Positions 12,255-26,134 of a stretch of 64,000 bases of DNA are shown one piece after another (the first letter of the stretch is position 1; each line of letters begins with the position of its first letter). The DNA lies in NCBI GenBank assembly GCA_003427395.1, contig BFEA01000025.1:1616888-1680887 (forward strand), read 5' to 3'. The DNA is from Chara braunii (Eukaryota > Plantae > Charophyceae). The translations under genes and the position numbers were made by a program. The notes under the pieces were generated by a model. It made no database searches and was not told the origin of the DNA. It saw only the letters and a program-made list of their open reading frames with translations.

Positions 12255-15200
12255 GTGGGATTGATACCCTCCTCACTTCATGACAAGGCCGAAGTTAATG
12301 ACTCCTTAGTCACCCCGCAGACACAACTAGACCAAATTGTGCTTTGTACGTTAGATGTGTCTGAGGCCTTAGAAGACTTAGAAGGCGAGAGGTCAAACAA
12401 GGACCCTCGCGAGTCTTGGGTGGCGCTAAAGAAGGGTCCTACAGGGGAACATTTCCTGGTGGAAGTGGATGTAGGAGGCCGCAAATGTGGAGCCTTCATA
12501 GACAACGGATTCACGCGAAATTACATAAGTCGCGATTGTTTGGAAAGGCTGCACCTACAGGACCGGGTACGACACCTTAGTAGACCAGTAGCATCTACTT
12601 TGGCCGACAAAGAGCGCATGATTGTCACAGACTACATCAAGGACGTAGTCTGTACCTTCTCCTATGGAGGAGGAAAGCTTAACCATAAGATCTCGTTCTT
12701 GGTTAGCGAAGACCTGCCATTCGAAATGTTGTTAGGCATGTNCTACCTCGAAGTTGCTAAGCCCCAGTTCGATTGGGATAAGAAGGTGCTTAAGCATAAG
12801 TTGCCCGATGGCCGAACTGTCAGATTGACTAAGTTCAAGGCCAGCAGCATTGTAGATACCTATGGCTGCTTGTGTGCATCAGCGTTCTATAATTACTACA
12901 AGCAAAACGAAGAGAAAGGTATGTACCTCGTTTACGTCTCTGAGAAGGGGAAGGCCGTTAAAACACCCCCTGAGATAGAACGCGTCGTTGCTAAGTTCCC
13001 CGATCTGTTCGAGGAGCCCACAGGAGTTGTTGATAGGGAAGTCGTCCATGCTATAGAAATCATTCCAGGAAGTAAGACCCCAAAGGGAAGGATCTATAGG
13101 ATGACCCCTGCCGAGTTAGATGAACTTCGGAAGCAACTCAAGGAACTGATAGAGAAGGGTTGGATTCGGCCTAGTACTTCCCCTTACGGATCACCCGTTC
13201 TATTCGTACCGAAGAAAGGGGGTACTTTGAGGATGTGCATTGATTATAGGGGCCTCAATGCCATCACGGTGAAAAACGCAGAGCCTCTACCTCACATAGA
13301 CGACCTACTGGATAGGGTGCAGGGATGCAAGTACTATACAAAGATAGACTTGAAATCCGGATATCACCAGATCGCAATAAGACCTGAGGATCAACACAAG
13401 ACAGCTTTTCAGACTCGTTATGGTATGTATGAGTTTGTAGTGATGCTATTTGGTCTATGTAATGAGCCGGGTACGTTCCAGCACGCTATGAATCGGATCT
13501 TCCATGACCATTTAAATAAGTTTGTCGTGGTCTACTTAGACGACATTCTGATCTTTAGTAAGTCTGTCGAGGAGCACGCACAGCATGTTGAGACAGTTCT
13601 CTCACTCCTGCGACAACACAAGTATAAGGTCAACTTAGAGAAGTGCGAGTTTGGCCGCACTAAGATACTATACTTGGGTCATGAAGTATCCGCGGAGGGA
13701 ATTAGGCCGGAAGATGCGAAGGTGGCTAGTATTCGAGACTGGCCACGACCTCAGATAGTCACTGAGGTCAAATCATTCTTAGGAATGTGCGGCTACTATA
13801 GGAACTTCGTCAAGAACTATTCTACAGTCGCCTCTCCTTTGACTGATCTAACTCGACTTGACACACCATGGGACGTGAGTGATGAGTGAGAGGGTGCTTT
13901 TAAGAGATTGAAGCATGCACTCATGAATCATGAAGTTCTCATGGTTTCCGATCCGCAAAAGCCATTCATAGTGACCACTGACGCAAGCCAATACGGCATT
14001 GGTGCAGTGCTGGCTCAACAGGATGGAAAAAAGTTGAGACCGATTGAGTACATGAGTAAGAAGATGCCATCGAAGAAGTTGGCTAAGTCCACCTACGAAA
14101 GGGAACTCTATGCTCTCTACAAGGCACTTGTCCATTGGAGACACTTCCTTCTAGGAAGGTTCTTCTATCTGAGGACTGATCATCAGACCCTCAAATGGAT
14201 CAAGACTCAACCGGCTCTTTCTGATGCACTCAAGCGGTGGATTGATGTCATAGACCAATATGACTTTAAGCTTGAGTACCTGAAGGGAGAGTATAACAAG
14301 GTTGCAGACGCGCTATCCCGTAGAGCAGACCACCTAGGTGCGCTAGTTTCTGAATTTGGCGTATCTAACGAAGTGACTCAATCATTGGTGGGAGCCTATC
14401 AGGAAGACCCTGTCACGATGGACATCATCCGCAAACTTAAGGCAAAAGACAAGGCCACAAAAAGTGAGTTTGTGATGGTGGATGGGCTAATCTATCTTGA
14501 TAAGGCCGGAGTAAAGAGATTGGTAGTTCCATCTAGTGAACAGTTGCGTAGTTTATTTTTAGGAGAATGTCATGACGCAACTGGGCACTTTGGCTACAAG
14601 AAGTCGAGTGCTAACTTAGTACAACGATTTTGGTGGCCCAGAATGTTAGATGACGCGAAGAAGTATGTTGAGACCTGCCAGGTCCGTCAGCGGGACAAGC
14701 CGCGAACTCAAGCACCACTTGGGTTATTGAAGCCGTTACCTATTCGTGATGGTCCAGAATTGAGTGTTTCCATGGATTTCATGGACACTCCTGTGACCAG
14801 CAAGAGTGGTAAGAGGCACATCTTCGTCATCATTGACCGATTCACCAAGTACGCTAGACTAATACCAATGCTAGAGACAGCCAGGACAGAATACGCCATC
14901 AAGTTGTTCAAGGACAACTGGGTAAGGGACTTTGGTTTACCAAAGACCATCATTAGTGACCGAGACGTCCGATTTACAAGTGAGCTGTGGAAGAAGACTG
15001 CGGAACAGATGGGCAGTCAACTTCAAATGACTTCACGGAATCATCCCGAAGCCAACGGACAAGCCGAACAAATGAATAGAGTTGTACAGCACTTGCTGAG
15101 GCATTACATCAAGCCCAACCAGGATGACTGGGATGAGCAGTTACCTCTCATCACCAGTCTGTACAACAACGCTATACATAGCAGTACCGACGTCAGTCCT

Positions 15201-15884
15201 AACCAGCTGCACTTAGGATGGAAGCCTAGATCAGCATTAGACTTCCTCCTACCTGAAAACCGACCTGCTGCAACTCCAGGCACACTTGAATACGGTGTGC
15301 AATATGAGAAGTTGCTGCAAGAGGCTGTTGAACATATGAAGAAGGCTCAGCAAGCCATGATTGCTTATGAGAATCAACATCGCAGGCAGTCCACATTTCA
15401 GGTAGGGGAACGTGTCTGGGTCAAGGCTAGTGAGTTAGGACAGGAATTCAGAATATCTCGCAAACTAATGCCCCAGTACTTTGGTCCTTGGGAAGTCTTG
15501 GATGTAGTGGGAGATGAAATGGATGGTCCTACGTACGTCATTCGTGTCCCTGGTCATCTACGCACTCACCCAGTCTTTTATGCCTCAAACCTTGCACCTT
15601 TCGCTGAGACTGATCAATTCCCTTCCAGGAGATCGATGCTGCCCCCAACCATGGATGGACAAGTCGACATCGACGACATTGTGGATCACAGGGATATGCC
15701 TGTTCCGAAGCCGCTGGGTCGAGGAAGACCTCCTAAACCCAAGAGGGAGTACCGGATCAAATTCAGGCATCATACGGATCCTAAAGAAGATCGGTGGTTT
15801 ACCCGGGAGGAACTGATGGAAACAGCTCCTCAGGTGGTGGCAGACTATGAACGAAAGTTAAAAGGGAAGGCACCTGCGAAGTAA
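12255..15884 (+). pseudogene. pol: pol of element 1: protease, RT, RNase H, integrase, chromodomain (in-frame stop at 13889)
   Basis: FIDNG protease; RMCIDYR and YLDD RT; TDAS RNase H; H-H-C integrase zinc motif; SDRD; YFGPW; C-terminal chromodomain. Confidence 0.97.
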
Positions 15885-15908
15885 GCATCTCAACGGACTT
15901 TCGAAGCT

Positions 15909-15921
15909 AAGGGGGATGGAA
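15909..15921 (+). promoter_or_regulatory. Polypurine tract
   Basis: aagggggatggaa directly before the 3' LTR. Confidence 0.8.
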
Positions 15922-16574
15922 TGTGAGGATTGAGCCCTCAAGTAGGGGCCTTGCCATGATGTACATGTTCTGGGCTAAGGCCCCAGCAAGCCTAGTGCCC
16001 GCCCTAAGTGAAGGCGGGCCAGCAAATCAACAAGAGCCCTCTGTGCCAACATTTCACGAAGTGGGGTCTATACAGTTGCAGCACGCCAGTTGGTTGGAGT
16101 GCACCGAGTCTCGGATTTCAGCAAATGCTGAAATGCCCAGGGCCTCTGAGTTAGTTAGGCCCTGGGCACTCGAACGTGAGGCCGACAATGCATGCTGGGT
16201 AGAGAGGCCGAAAATGCCAAAGGGAAATCGGCCCACTGTCTGAATCTGGCCGCAGGCCTTGATGAAGGAGGCGCAACTGCATTGCCCCGGGGCCCAACTG
16301 TATCGAGTTGGCTTCAGCCTCTGGGCCCCGGTCACAGGCTGAAGGGAGGCCGCCCACACGCTGCACTNGCATATAGGCAAGCAGGGCGAGGCAGCGGGGA
16401 TCTTGGCCAATGCTGGCATATGCGGGCACGCTGTGCAGATGCAAGTGTGCAGCGCTATGCAGAGCAGCTCTGCGCTAAGACAGGGCAGGCCAGCGCTAGG
16501 CGGTAGGGCGCTGCCTGCGTGCAGGGCACTGGCGGCCATAGCCGGGCCGCATGAGGGTGCAGGGGAGGTGAGGG
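15922..16574 (+). repeat. 3' LTR of element 1 (partial, ends in N gap)
   Basis: Direct repeat of 8002-8653. Confidence 0.95.
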
Positions 16575-17641
16575 NNNNNNNNNNNNNNNNNNNNNNNNNN
16601 NNNNNNNNNNNNNNNNNNNNNNNNNNNNNNNNNNNNNNNNNNNNNNNNNNNNNNNNNNNNNNNNNNNNNNNNNNNNNNNNNNNNNNNNNNNNNNNNNNNN
16701 NNNNNNNNNNNNNNNNNNNNNNNNNNNNNNNNNNNNNNNNNNNNNNNNNNNNNNNNNNNNNNNNNNNNNNNNNNNNNNNNNNNNNNNNNNNNNNNNNNNN
16801 NNNNNNNNNNNNNNNNNNNNNNNNNNNNNNNNNNNNNNNNNNNNNNNNNNNNNNNNNNNNNNNNNNNNNNNNNNNNNNNNNNNNNNNNNNNNNNNNNNNN
16901 NNNNNNNNNNNNNNNNNNNNNNNNNNNNNNNNNNNNNNNNNNNNNNNNNNNNNNNNNNNNNNNNNNNNNNNNNNNNNNNNNNNNNNNNNNNNNNNNNNNN
17001 NNNNNNNNNNNNNNNNNNNNNNNNNNNNNNNNNNNNNNNNNNNNNNNNNNNNNNNNNNNNNNNNNNNNNNNNNNNNNNNNNNNNNNNNNNNNNNNNNNNN
17101 NNNNNNNNNNNNNNNNNNNNNNNNNNNNNNNNNNNNNNNNNNNNNNNNNNNNNNNNNNNNNNNNNNNNNNNNNNNNNNNNNNNNNNNNNNNNNNNNNNNN
17201 NNNNNNNNNNNNNNNNNNNNNNNNNNNNNNNNNNNNNNNNNNNNNNNNNNNNNNNNNNNNNNNNNNNNNNNNNNNNNNNNNNNNNNNNNNNNNNNNNNNN
17301 NNNNNNNNNNNNNNNNNNNNNNNNNNNNNNNNNNNNNNNNNNNNNNNNNNNNNNNNNNNNNNNNNNNNNNNNNNNNNNNNNNNNNNNNNNNNNCCACCCT
17401 GACACCACTGCCGGCCTGAGTTACAACTGCCTTTTCCAAACTCAGGCCATGACAAAGTCGCGGACTCGTGTTTTTTCTGGCCATTTCAAACTCCCATTGT
17501 GACATAAACGTACTTCCCTCAAAAAAAAATGCTATAGTGCCAATTTGAATTTTGAAGTAATCATAAGAGGACAATGAATTTCAAACCAAGGCAATATAGT
17601 AATATACTGTGTGCAAGTGCATCTAAGGGAAAGCTGACATT

Positions 17642-17644
<3 letters not shown>

Positions 17645-17676
<32 letters not shown>

Positions 17677-20100
17677 AAATCTTTCTATAATTGTGTAATA
17701 CTTGAGACGCGACTGGATTTCTCCAAGTGTGCCAGAGCTACTGAGAACTCTCAAGAGAAGCAGCTAAAGCGATCCCCTCGACACATTACTACATAAGGAG
17801 CTAGGGGATGAATCCCAGCCTGCCATGCTCTTTCAGAAACAATAGTCTGGATTCCTTATTACCCCAAGATTCGCAGAACCAGCTCACCTTTCTGGAATTG
17901 AGACCGTTGGATGTTTTTCTTCTCCAGTCACTGAGAGAGTGGTGTCTGATTGAGGTCTTCGCCCTAAGGCTTGCTTTTGGTCTGCTGGGATGAATGTTAA
18001 TTGCCCCTGAATACCTAGTACCTGATCATTTCGTTCCTCCCAGATACTGCTAAACATTATGGCCCCATATTATATGGGCTATATATAGCCCCATCCTGAG
18101 GACGCAAGTAGCTCGGAGGGGAGGATGCCTTATATCATCCAATGTTCATCCCAGGAAAAAAAATTCCACCCGTTATCTTATCCGACTGATATCCCAATGC
18201 CTGGCCCACCAACGCCAAAGTCTGAGTGAGAAGCAGCAAGCATACAACAGTCTGAGATGGTTTGTGGTTTCCCATGCCCATTTGCATCTGGTACAAGTGG
18301 TTGGAATATCCATTGCAAGCAAGCCTTTGGACGCCATTTGCATCTAGTAGTACAAAAAGTAAGGGCGCCAATGGGCAGCCCTGCCTTCATGATCTAATTA
18401 CTAGCTAAGGAAAAATTCGTTCGAAACATTGTCATTGACCATGATTACTTATGCTGTCGCCGTGGAGTACATACTACATAGTATACGTCCAGAGGAAAAA
18501 GCTGGGGCCAAACCCCATATCTCTAAGTGTAGTGCCTACGAAAGGCTTAATAGCCCATGGCATCCAACTTTGTCATACTAGGCTTTCTCCATGTCCAGTA
18601 GTAGAATGTCGACATTTATGTTCTCTCGTGCTACGTGCATTGTTGCTGCTATGTTATCCATAATAGATCTGTGTTTGATGAAGGCCCCTCGGTCTGGGCC
18701 AATAAGGTCAGTGTGGTATCTAGATCATAGACGTAGCGCCAGTGCTTTAGCCAATATTTTGTAGGATACATTTAGGAGGGAAATAGGTCTCCAATTACGT
18801 AATATGTTGAGTTCGTCACCTTTTTTGTATAGCAGAGCATTGACCCCTTGTTGCATACTCCTAGTCATAGATCCCTCCGTTAGAACGCCATTATGCTAAT
18901 TGTATATTTGTGGGAGTGATGGGCTGAGTAGGTTTCCACAGGGAGCCCGTCTAGTCCCGGGCATTTCCCCGTTGCCATCTGGTTTACTGCGACTTTGAGT
19001 TCCTCTGGTGTGAAAGGTCTGTCTAAGCCTAGCCGCCCAGCTAGAGGCAGACCAACTGTGGTTATATCCAAGAATTAACTTTCAAATTGGAAGAGTTCCT
19101 AAGATCTGTGTTGAATGTCTCTCCCGGTCTGTGTGTGGTTAGTATGTCTTGAAAGTAAAGTTGGTTGGGCATAATTTTCACACAATGTCATACCTATGGG
19201 GTCAGACTTGGGGAGGCCCAAGGCTGACTCTGAAATAGAGAAGGGGTGATTGAGGATTGAGCTCTCTTATAAGGGGTTTCATTTTTTGGAGCAGCAGTCT
19301 GTGGAATGTATAGTGATTCGGTCTGTCGTTGGTGATGCATGTTTTTTTTCTGTTGAGTAACCACTCTCTCCATTGCTCTTGTTGTTGGATCTGTCTGTTA
19401 TCCAGTTCAGTTATTGCCTTTTTCCTCTGATGTGTCCAGTATGCATCTGATATGATCGGGTGTTGTCCCAGATTTTCTTCTGCTTCTTTGATTCTTTTAA
19501 TAAGGTTGAGCTTGACTGATTTACCGTTTATTGCTTTGATTCAGATCTGGAAAAGACTACTCAAGGTAGTTTCTTAGTATGTTAATCCCGGTGTCACCTT
19601 GTCAAAACATTTTTCCTGTGATGGGAACAAGTGACACTGTTTTGAATGTTCCCAGCGATCCGAGTGATTCTTTGCCCATTGGATGAACTTTTTATCTTTC
19701 AAATGCTCTGCACTTAATCTGAACGGAGGACGTGTCTAGACATTAGCCTAAGGGTCTTTTGTATCGAATTCTGTTAATACTAGGACGTGGTCTGAAAGAG
19801 GGGAGAACATTATCGCCAGCTTAATGGATTGATCCCGCATTTGCCCTCTAGTTAAGAAGAAATTGAATCATCGGCGAACAGGGGGAGTTTGGGACCCAAA
19901 CAAAGTGTAAGTCTGTTCATCAGGATGAAAAACTCTGAATGTGTCAATCTGTGTAGCACGCCGTTCGCGTTCACCAGCGAACGCGAACATGTTCGGGCAG
20001 GATATTCTGGTGAACGCAAACTACTTCTTTTTTTTGGGGTCGGGAGGCATAGGCCTGTGTCCCTGAACACCCCCCTGCTCTAGGAGTCGTTAAAAGAGCC

Positions 20101-20147
<47 letters not shown>

Positions 20148-20225
20148 CAGACATTGCATTGCACAGTGTGCTGCTTTGTCAGTCAGCAGCAGACTGTGCA
20201 ATGCACTGTCTGGTGCACACACACA

Positions 20226-20260
<35 letters not shown>

Positions 20261-20505
20261 CGAAAGCCCTTGAGTTTAGACAACCCAACAATGAAACAAT
20301 TTCGCCTGTGTAGCAAGCAACATGAAGCACAAGGGGAGTATGAAAACCACTTTCTTGAACGTCTCTGTGTGTATGTATGTGTGTGTGTGTGTGCACCAGA
20401 AAGTGCATTGCACAGTCTGCTGTTGTCTGAGTGCGCACTCAGACAGCGGCAGACTGTGCAATGCACTGTCTGGTGCACACACTCGTACAGAGAGACACAC
20501 AGACA

Positions 20506-20570
<65 letters not shown>

Positions 20571-22620
20571 CACCACAACAGCCCCCCAAACCCCGCCGGC
20601 GACCGGTACCGGCCCAGGCGAACCCTGTTTGCAGGCCTCAAAAATGCGTTCTCGTGAACGCGAAGGGCCGCGAACACGTTTGCCGTGCTATGCAGGCGTC
20701 AATCAAATTGTGTGACTCCATCAGTGTGTGCAGTATTTTGGCGTCAGCGCGAATAGTCTCTTTGCATAGTGAACCCAATCCAAGATTGAGGAGCGTGTTC
20801 CAGTCTGCAGCTAGTCGTAGATTGGGCCTATCTAGGAGAAAGGCAGGTAAATCCAACAGAAACTGGATCCGTTCATTATGTACAGCAGGCACATATATGA
20901 ACATTACCGTCCATTTCCTCGTTGCGGAATTCGAATTTGACCCATACCCATCTTCCCCATAGATCACACATCGAATATATAGGTAGAATATATAAATCAT
21001 TGTGTACTCGGATGCCCACGCCCCCTCTAGAGCCTTGGGCAGGTGACCAAAATTGTGGACATGTCCACCATCGTCTGTAGTCGGCAATCTTCTCCTCATT
21101 TAATTTTGATTCTGGCAGACAGATGATATGCACTTTGTGTTCGTGAAACCAGCTTTTTACACGATCCCGTTTACGCCTGGGGCCTTTGTCTCCTAGACCA
21201 CATATATTTCAGGTGACTACATTAATTCTACTGAGCAGAGGCATATGCCTTTGCTGGACCGGACAGTTGTTGGATACGGACACTAACTTGAGCGGGGTTT
21301 GGGCGGGAACTGTTTGGTCTGGATTTCTGTGAACTGTATGCCGTCCATGGACGAGCAAGATAGGACCCGAAGGATGATCCGAGCATTGTCTCCCGTTGGG
21401 GGGCCATGTGCAGCCATTCAGCTATAGCTTTGGCCGAAGTATCTTGCGTGAAGTTCACCGCTTGCAGGCGCTTGTTTCTGGGTGAGGTAAGCTGGATTAA
21501 CGGGGTTCAGGTGAATCCTGCTTTTTCCAGGTTTTTTGCCTGTGTGTCATCCACCTTGCCTTCCATGCAATCGATGTACAGTCTAGTTGCGAGCCCGTTA
21601 TCGGGAAAGGCGGTGAGCACTCCAACTCTGAATTCCGAGATCAGCTGCGCAGGGAACGAATCTTGGGTAACGTTTTTCACCTTTTTCAAGATTCAATTTG
21701 TCATTTTTCTGAAAGCAACATCATTTTGTATGTGTACTGAGGGAATTGATATATTGCCTGATTGATCTCTTTTGTAAGAGAAGGGGCTTGATTCTCGCCT
21801 GCGATGGAGATGATTGGCACTAAGAGACGTGGGATGTCCCATTCTGCTTTAGTTAGTGCTTTTAACTGGGCCGGCTTTGAAGATGTTGGTCTTATTTGCT
21901 GCCTTGTGTCGCGCCCCGCCTTCTCCCTCGGCGGAAACCCTTTCGAGCTCTCGCTTGATCCAGAATTGCCAGTGTGGGCTTTGAGTTGGGCCACGTGTTC
22001 TACGAGAACTCTGGATCTTTTGAGACGGGAAGCGTTTGGGTCTCTTGTTGCTCTTGCCCGTGTGCGTTTGTTGGACATGACATCCTCGAGTGCTCGTGAT
22101 GCATCCGCATTCTCAGTATCCAGGTTGATATTATTAACGGGACAGTCACTGGAGCCTGCTCCTACTTTTGCCGCATCAGAAATGATCGGTTTCGATTCCG
22201 AAATCGATTTTCCTTTTGAGACACTAGGAGTGGATTCCTCCTTGTTTTGGATTTGATCTCTATCTTCCGTTCAGAGGCTCTCTGTAACACTAGGAGTGCA
22301 TAGTGCCTTTTGCACGCGATTCCTGGCGAGCGTGAGACGGCGCTCCTGGTTTCTCAGAACTGTGAGGGCATGCTGGTCGACCTCAAGTCGGGACTGAAGT
22401 CGTCGCTCCATTCCCTCCTTGTCTAGCACGTGCCCGAGGGTGAAACCAACCATTCGCTGGAGCAGATTCTCCGGTCAGCACAAACTTTAAGCCGGAGAAA
22501 GGAGGAAGTGGTAGTGGAACTCTTTTGGCTAGATCCACAAACGGATCGGATTCCGTTTCCTTTGCTGGGTAACACTGGTCCGTTTGGGTATGGTAGTGCA
22601 TCCGACATACATGTCACACC
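17645..22620 (-). mobile_element. Degenerate L1/Tx1-type LINE with ORF1 remnant, APE endonuclease and partial RT; internally deleted
   Basis: Poly(A) as T-run at 17645-17673; minus-strand motifs RQGCPLAPLLF, LLDMEKA, WRPISLLNVSYKIL, PGLDGLPVE, SDH, YVPA, ICLPESKL. Confidence 0.9.
19949..20695. mobile_element. Non-autonomous TIR DNA transposon with 8-bp TSD, inserted in the LINE endonuclease
   Basis: Ends CTGTGTAGCACG / CGTGCTATGCAG; TSD gtgtcaat (19941-19948) and gcgtcaat (20696-20703); subterminal gaacgc repeats; internal (CA)n/(GT)n. Confidence 0.8.
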
Positions 22621-22929
22621 AAGGCATGGAAGCAGATGTCACTTCTGTCACGTTCTGTGTCATACTCTCCTTTGTGCGGAATGCCTTTTCTTTTTTTTTT
22701 CCTTTTTTTTTTTTTGAACGGGCCCAGTGCCCAAGGCTGATATTACCAATAATAAGATTGAGGCCGGGTCCTCACAGTCTGCCCGGAATGATCATACGGA
22801 ATGCCTACAATCAGACGCGGTCGAATTCTTGGTTGCACGTGCGCTTCCAGGTTGAACCAGACGTTTCCCAGTTCTGGTTCGTCCTCATATTTGTCAAAGG
22901 AACTACAAATTTTGAAGTTACTACATCCC

Positions 22930-23400
22930 TTTTTTTTTTCTTTTTTTTTTTTCTCTTTTGCAACACCCCCCCCCTGCAGTGCTAGTGGTGCTGACGAGAT
23001 CAGACACCACTAGCAGCCTTAAGTTCTATTCGACCGGGATTTGTAACGGAGGGAGCCATCAGTTCCAGTGGAAAATGTTGGCGGCGAATCCAGCAGATTT
23101 TGGGACGGCCGGAGCTTTCGGAGAAAAGTTTGGTTCCGAGGGGGCAATTTTGGCATGATTACGCTCTTTCTTCATCCATTCAGCGATCTCCCGACTGATC
23201 GCGACATAAGTGGCAAGATTTTCCCCTCGTTTTGGTAACGTCCTCTCTTCGTATCTGGCGGAACATCTCGGGCATCGAACCAGGCATTTTCGTATACCCG
23301 GACCAGTTGTTTCTTAACGCTTTTAGAGAGATTACTTGCTCCATCTCGAAGAAAGGATAGTTACAGCGTGGTTCTGAGCAAGTGCCTTCAAATATCGGGA
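22930..23400 (-). mobile_element. LINE-derived fragment: poly(A) and 3' hairpin joined to a degenerate coding remnant
   Basis: T-run, then gctagtggtgctgacgagatcagacaccactagc, the same hairpin as at 60203-60233. Confidence 0.55.
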
Positions 23401-24340
23401 ATTCAGCTGCATCGACTGCCCAGGCACGTCCTTAACGGCCTCAACCACATCCGGTTTACACAGAGAAGAACACGGAGCCCTGGCGGGAGGAAGAGACGCG
23501 AGTCCTTTGCAGGATTCACAATGAGATCAAGGTGTTGATGAGTGAGGAGACAGAGGCATATTGACGGGCAGAATAAAACGAGGGTTTTAGGAAGATGGTG
23601 GAAAATCGGATGAGGGAGAAGGGGTTTAACCGTGATCATGACCAATGCAAAAACAAGTTTCATCAAGCGTATCACTACTACAAGAGCTTGAAGGCACACG
23701 AGAGTCCGGTCTTCCCAGCTACTGGGACATGAATGCCACAAGATGGAAGGAGTACCATGTTGATTTTGTGCTTCGTCGCAGTTGATATGACATTATCGAC
23801 CCCATCGAGAAGGACTTGAACACCATCAACTTGTCACAATTGAGGGACCCTGGTGCAGAACAGGAGTGAGAGGAGGACGAAGAAGGGACGACAGACAGAG
23901 AAGGAGACGTGGATGGGGTGAGTGACGAAGTAGGCGAAAGCCGCGAAAGGGGAGGTCTGGGACTGTTAGGAGGTTCGCGCTCGACTGCATTTGATTCCAC
24001 GCTCGGGAAGCGCAAACGAGCGAACACGAATGCGCGTGAGTCTAGTGTCCGGCTCTGACTGGTGCAATGTGCAATCACATGCAGGCATTGACACGTTCCA
24101 ATAGAGACTGTGTGAGGATGCGTTGTGAAGCCACGCGTGACATCGCTCGCCAGCAAGAGGATGTCCAGAGAGAACTTATGGGGCACGACATTGTTGCTCG
24201 TGAGAGGATAGCAGGCTCCTATGGTGAGAGGGTGGAGAAGGGATACCTTACGCTCGCGGATGCTATACGCAGTCTGCGTGCGCCGAGGAGGCGCCGCTCT
24301 GCTGATGAGTCGCCTTCATCAGCATCTGAGCGGGAATGCA
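23400..24340 (+). pseudogene. Trihelix / Myb-SANT-like DNA-binding protein pseudogene (Harbinger ORF1-like)
   Basis: Manual translation gives MVENRMREKGFNRDHDQCKNKFHQAYHYYKSLK...SGLPSYWDMN, then an acidic linker and a helical C-terminus (KGYLTLADAIRSL); stops and frameshifts present. Confidence 0.7.
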
Positions 24341-25059
24341 GTGGTGATTCTGCTTTAGGACCTGGAGGTCTGAGGACATCATTTATGATAATTTTCACGG
24401 TTTTACGCAGTTCGGGGGGAGGGGGAGTGAGAAGGTGTTGATTTTCCCGTTTTTTAAGTTAGAAGCCGCTTTTTTGTTACGTCTTTGTCCCTTCGATGAG
24501 GCCGGATTCATTCCAGTTATCCACTGACATGCTTGCCCGTCACACACAGCCAACGATGCCGGGTCTTTCACTTTCACGACATTCAGTTTTGTGGACACTG
24601 GACAGTCCTTCTCCGGATGGAATATCTCAGTGACTTCGATATGAACAGTTCGGAACCCCAACAATGTTGTGTTGTTTTGCAAAGAAGCAATGTTTTGGAG
24701 TAGAACTGTAACTTATATTCTTTGTCCTCTAGTGAAGGCACATTTTCATTTTGCATGTTCTCTATTCGATCCCTCCTTTCCGTGTTTCTCAATCATTATG
24801 TCATTTCCACTATCCCACACCGCCCTTGAACTCATGGTAAGAGATTGGTGCATTGTTTTCTTGTGTACGTTCTTCCTATGTTTTCCTCCTTTTGTTTCTG
24901 CAATTTGTCCGATTTGTGTTTTTTTGTCCCGTTTTCGATGTGGTGTGGGATGTGTGTGTGGGATGTCACCATTAAGAAGTGACATTCAGTCCCATAAATG
25001 CGCATACATCATTCAACGTAAATACAGGATCTGCCGGATCAAAAAAACAAAACAAAACG

Positions 25060-26130
25060 TTTGTATGTCTGAAACCACCATCCATCCTACTACGCTTCCA
25101 CGTTGGCATGATTGAAGGGTGTGCGGTCGGTGGTGGAAAAGCTGCTGTTTCCGTCTTTTCATTGGAGTTGGGCCACTTTGACGACCATAGCCAAATGGCC
25201 AAACCAGATATAGTTGTGCTTGCACATACAACCATGTCGGGTCATCATGCATACGGGCTTTCCTTGTTGTTACACTTGCCATGAGAAAACGACAAAAAAA
25301 ATAAATTAAGTCACGGCGTCAAGCAACATTCCTTCATCCACTTCATTCTCTCATCTTTAACGGGTGGGCTATCCTTCCATGCATTATGGAAAAACATTAA
25401 AAAAAAAATAAATCCTCCAATCAAAGGGTTGTGAAAAGGGTTGCGTGTCTGTCACTTCGTGTTAGCTTTATTGCCCTAAGTCGCCACTGTGCCGCAGACG
25501 TGAGTTGCAAAAGTGGAGGTCTTGGCAATCTTCGATGCCACGTCGTAGCACTTGGCAAAACAGCTTTTGCCACGTGGAAGCATCACACTTCCAAAAATCA
25601 CGTAGGTAACAAAAGAAAAACAAATGAAATAGGAAACTCATGCCACATCCGAACATCCGATTAATTCTCGTATCTTTAACAGGTGGGCTATCCTTCCATG
25701 CATCCACCATGTCATTGACAACAATGTCAGAGTATGACAAGTCTTCCAGCCGAGCAACTGTCGTGAAAAGCGTTAGCTTTATTGTCCAAAGTTGGCACTG
25801 ATATCCAGACGTGAGTTGCGAAGTGGAGGTAGGCCAAAAAAAACCAAAAACTTTGTCTGCCGGGTCGTAGCACTTGGCAAAGGATATCTCTATCCACATG
25901 GAGGCATTACACTGGTGAAAGTGAGGCCAGAAAGGTAGTTGGGGGATGAAAGATGCGTCCAACCACGTACAACCATGCGGTTCTACGTGGATGCGGCTTA
26001 TTCCTTCTCGTTTCACTTGCCATGAGAAAACGACAACAAACTGATTAAAAAAAACATAAAAAAATGCTACGTCCTGGTAGCCTAAGGGTGCTTTGACCTT
26101 TTTGCAGTGCTTCACGCCTTTGAAATAGTG
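25060..26130. repeat. Degenerate local repeats (~320-bp spacing), continuing at 36043-36270 beyond the LTR element
   Basis: atctttaa..ggtgggctatccttccatgcat at ~25353, ~25672 and ~36227; gacgtgagttgc.aagtgga at ~25497 and ~25808; cacttgccatgagaaaacgacaa at ~25273 and ~26014. Confidence 0.7.
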
Positions 26131-26134
26131 CCTG

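Larger units (their letters stand above)
8002..16574 (+). mobile_element. Ty3/Gypsy chromovirus LTR retrotransposon 1 (3' LTR runs into the gap)
   Basis: LTRs start TGTGAGGATTGAG at 8002 and 15922 (about 98% identical by eye over ~650 bp); PBS at 9056; PPT before 15922; gag-PR-RT-RH-IN-chromodomain order. Confidence 0.97.

Noticed and set aside
22981-23013. CTGACGA inside a hairpin, resembling a hammerhead core
   Set aside because: No GAAA or stem II; it is the antisense of the LINE 3' stem-loop, and homologues read CTGATAA or GTGATAA
24301-24323. CTGATGAG (also at ~42288 and ~51278)
   Set aside because: No downstream GAAA with compatible stems
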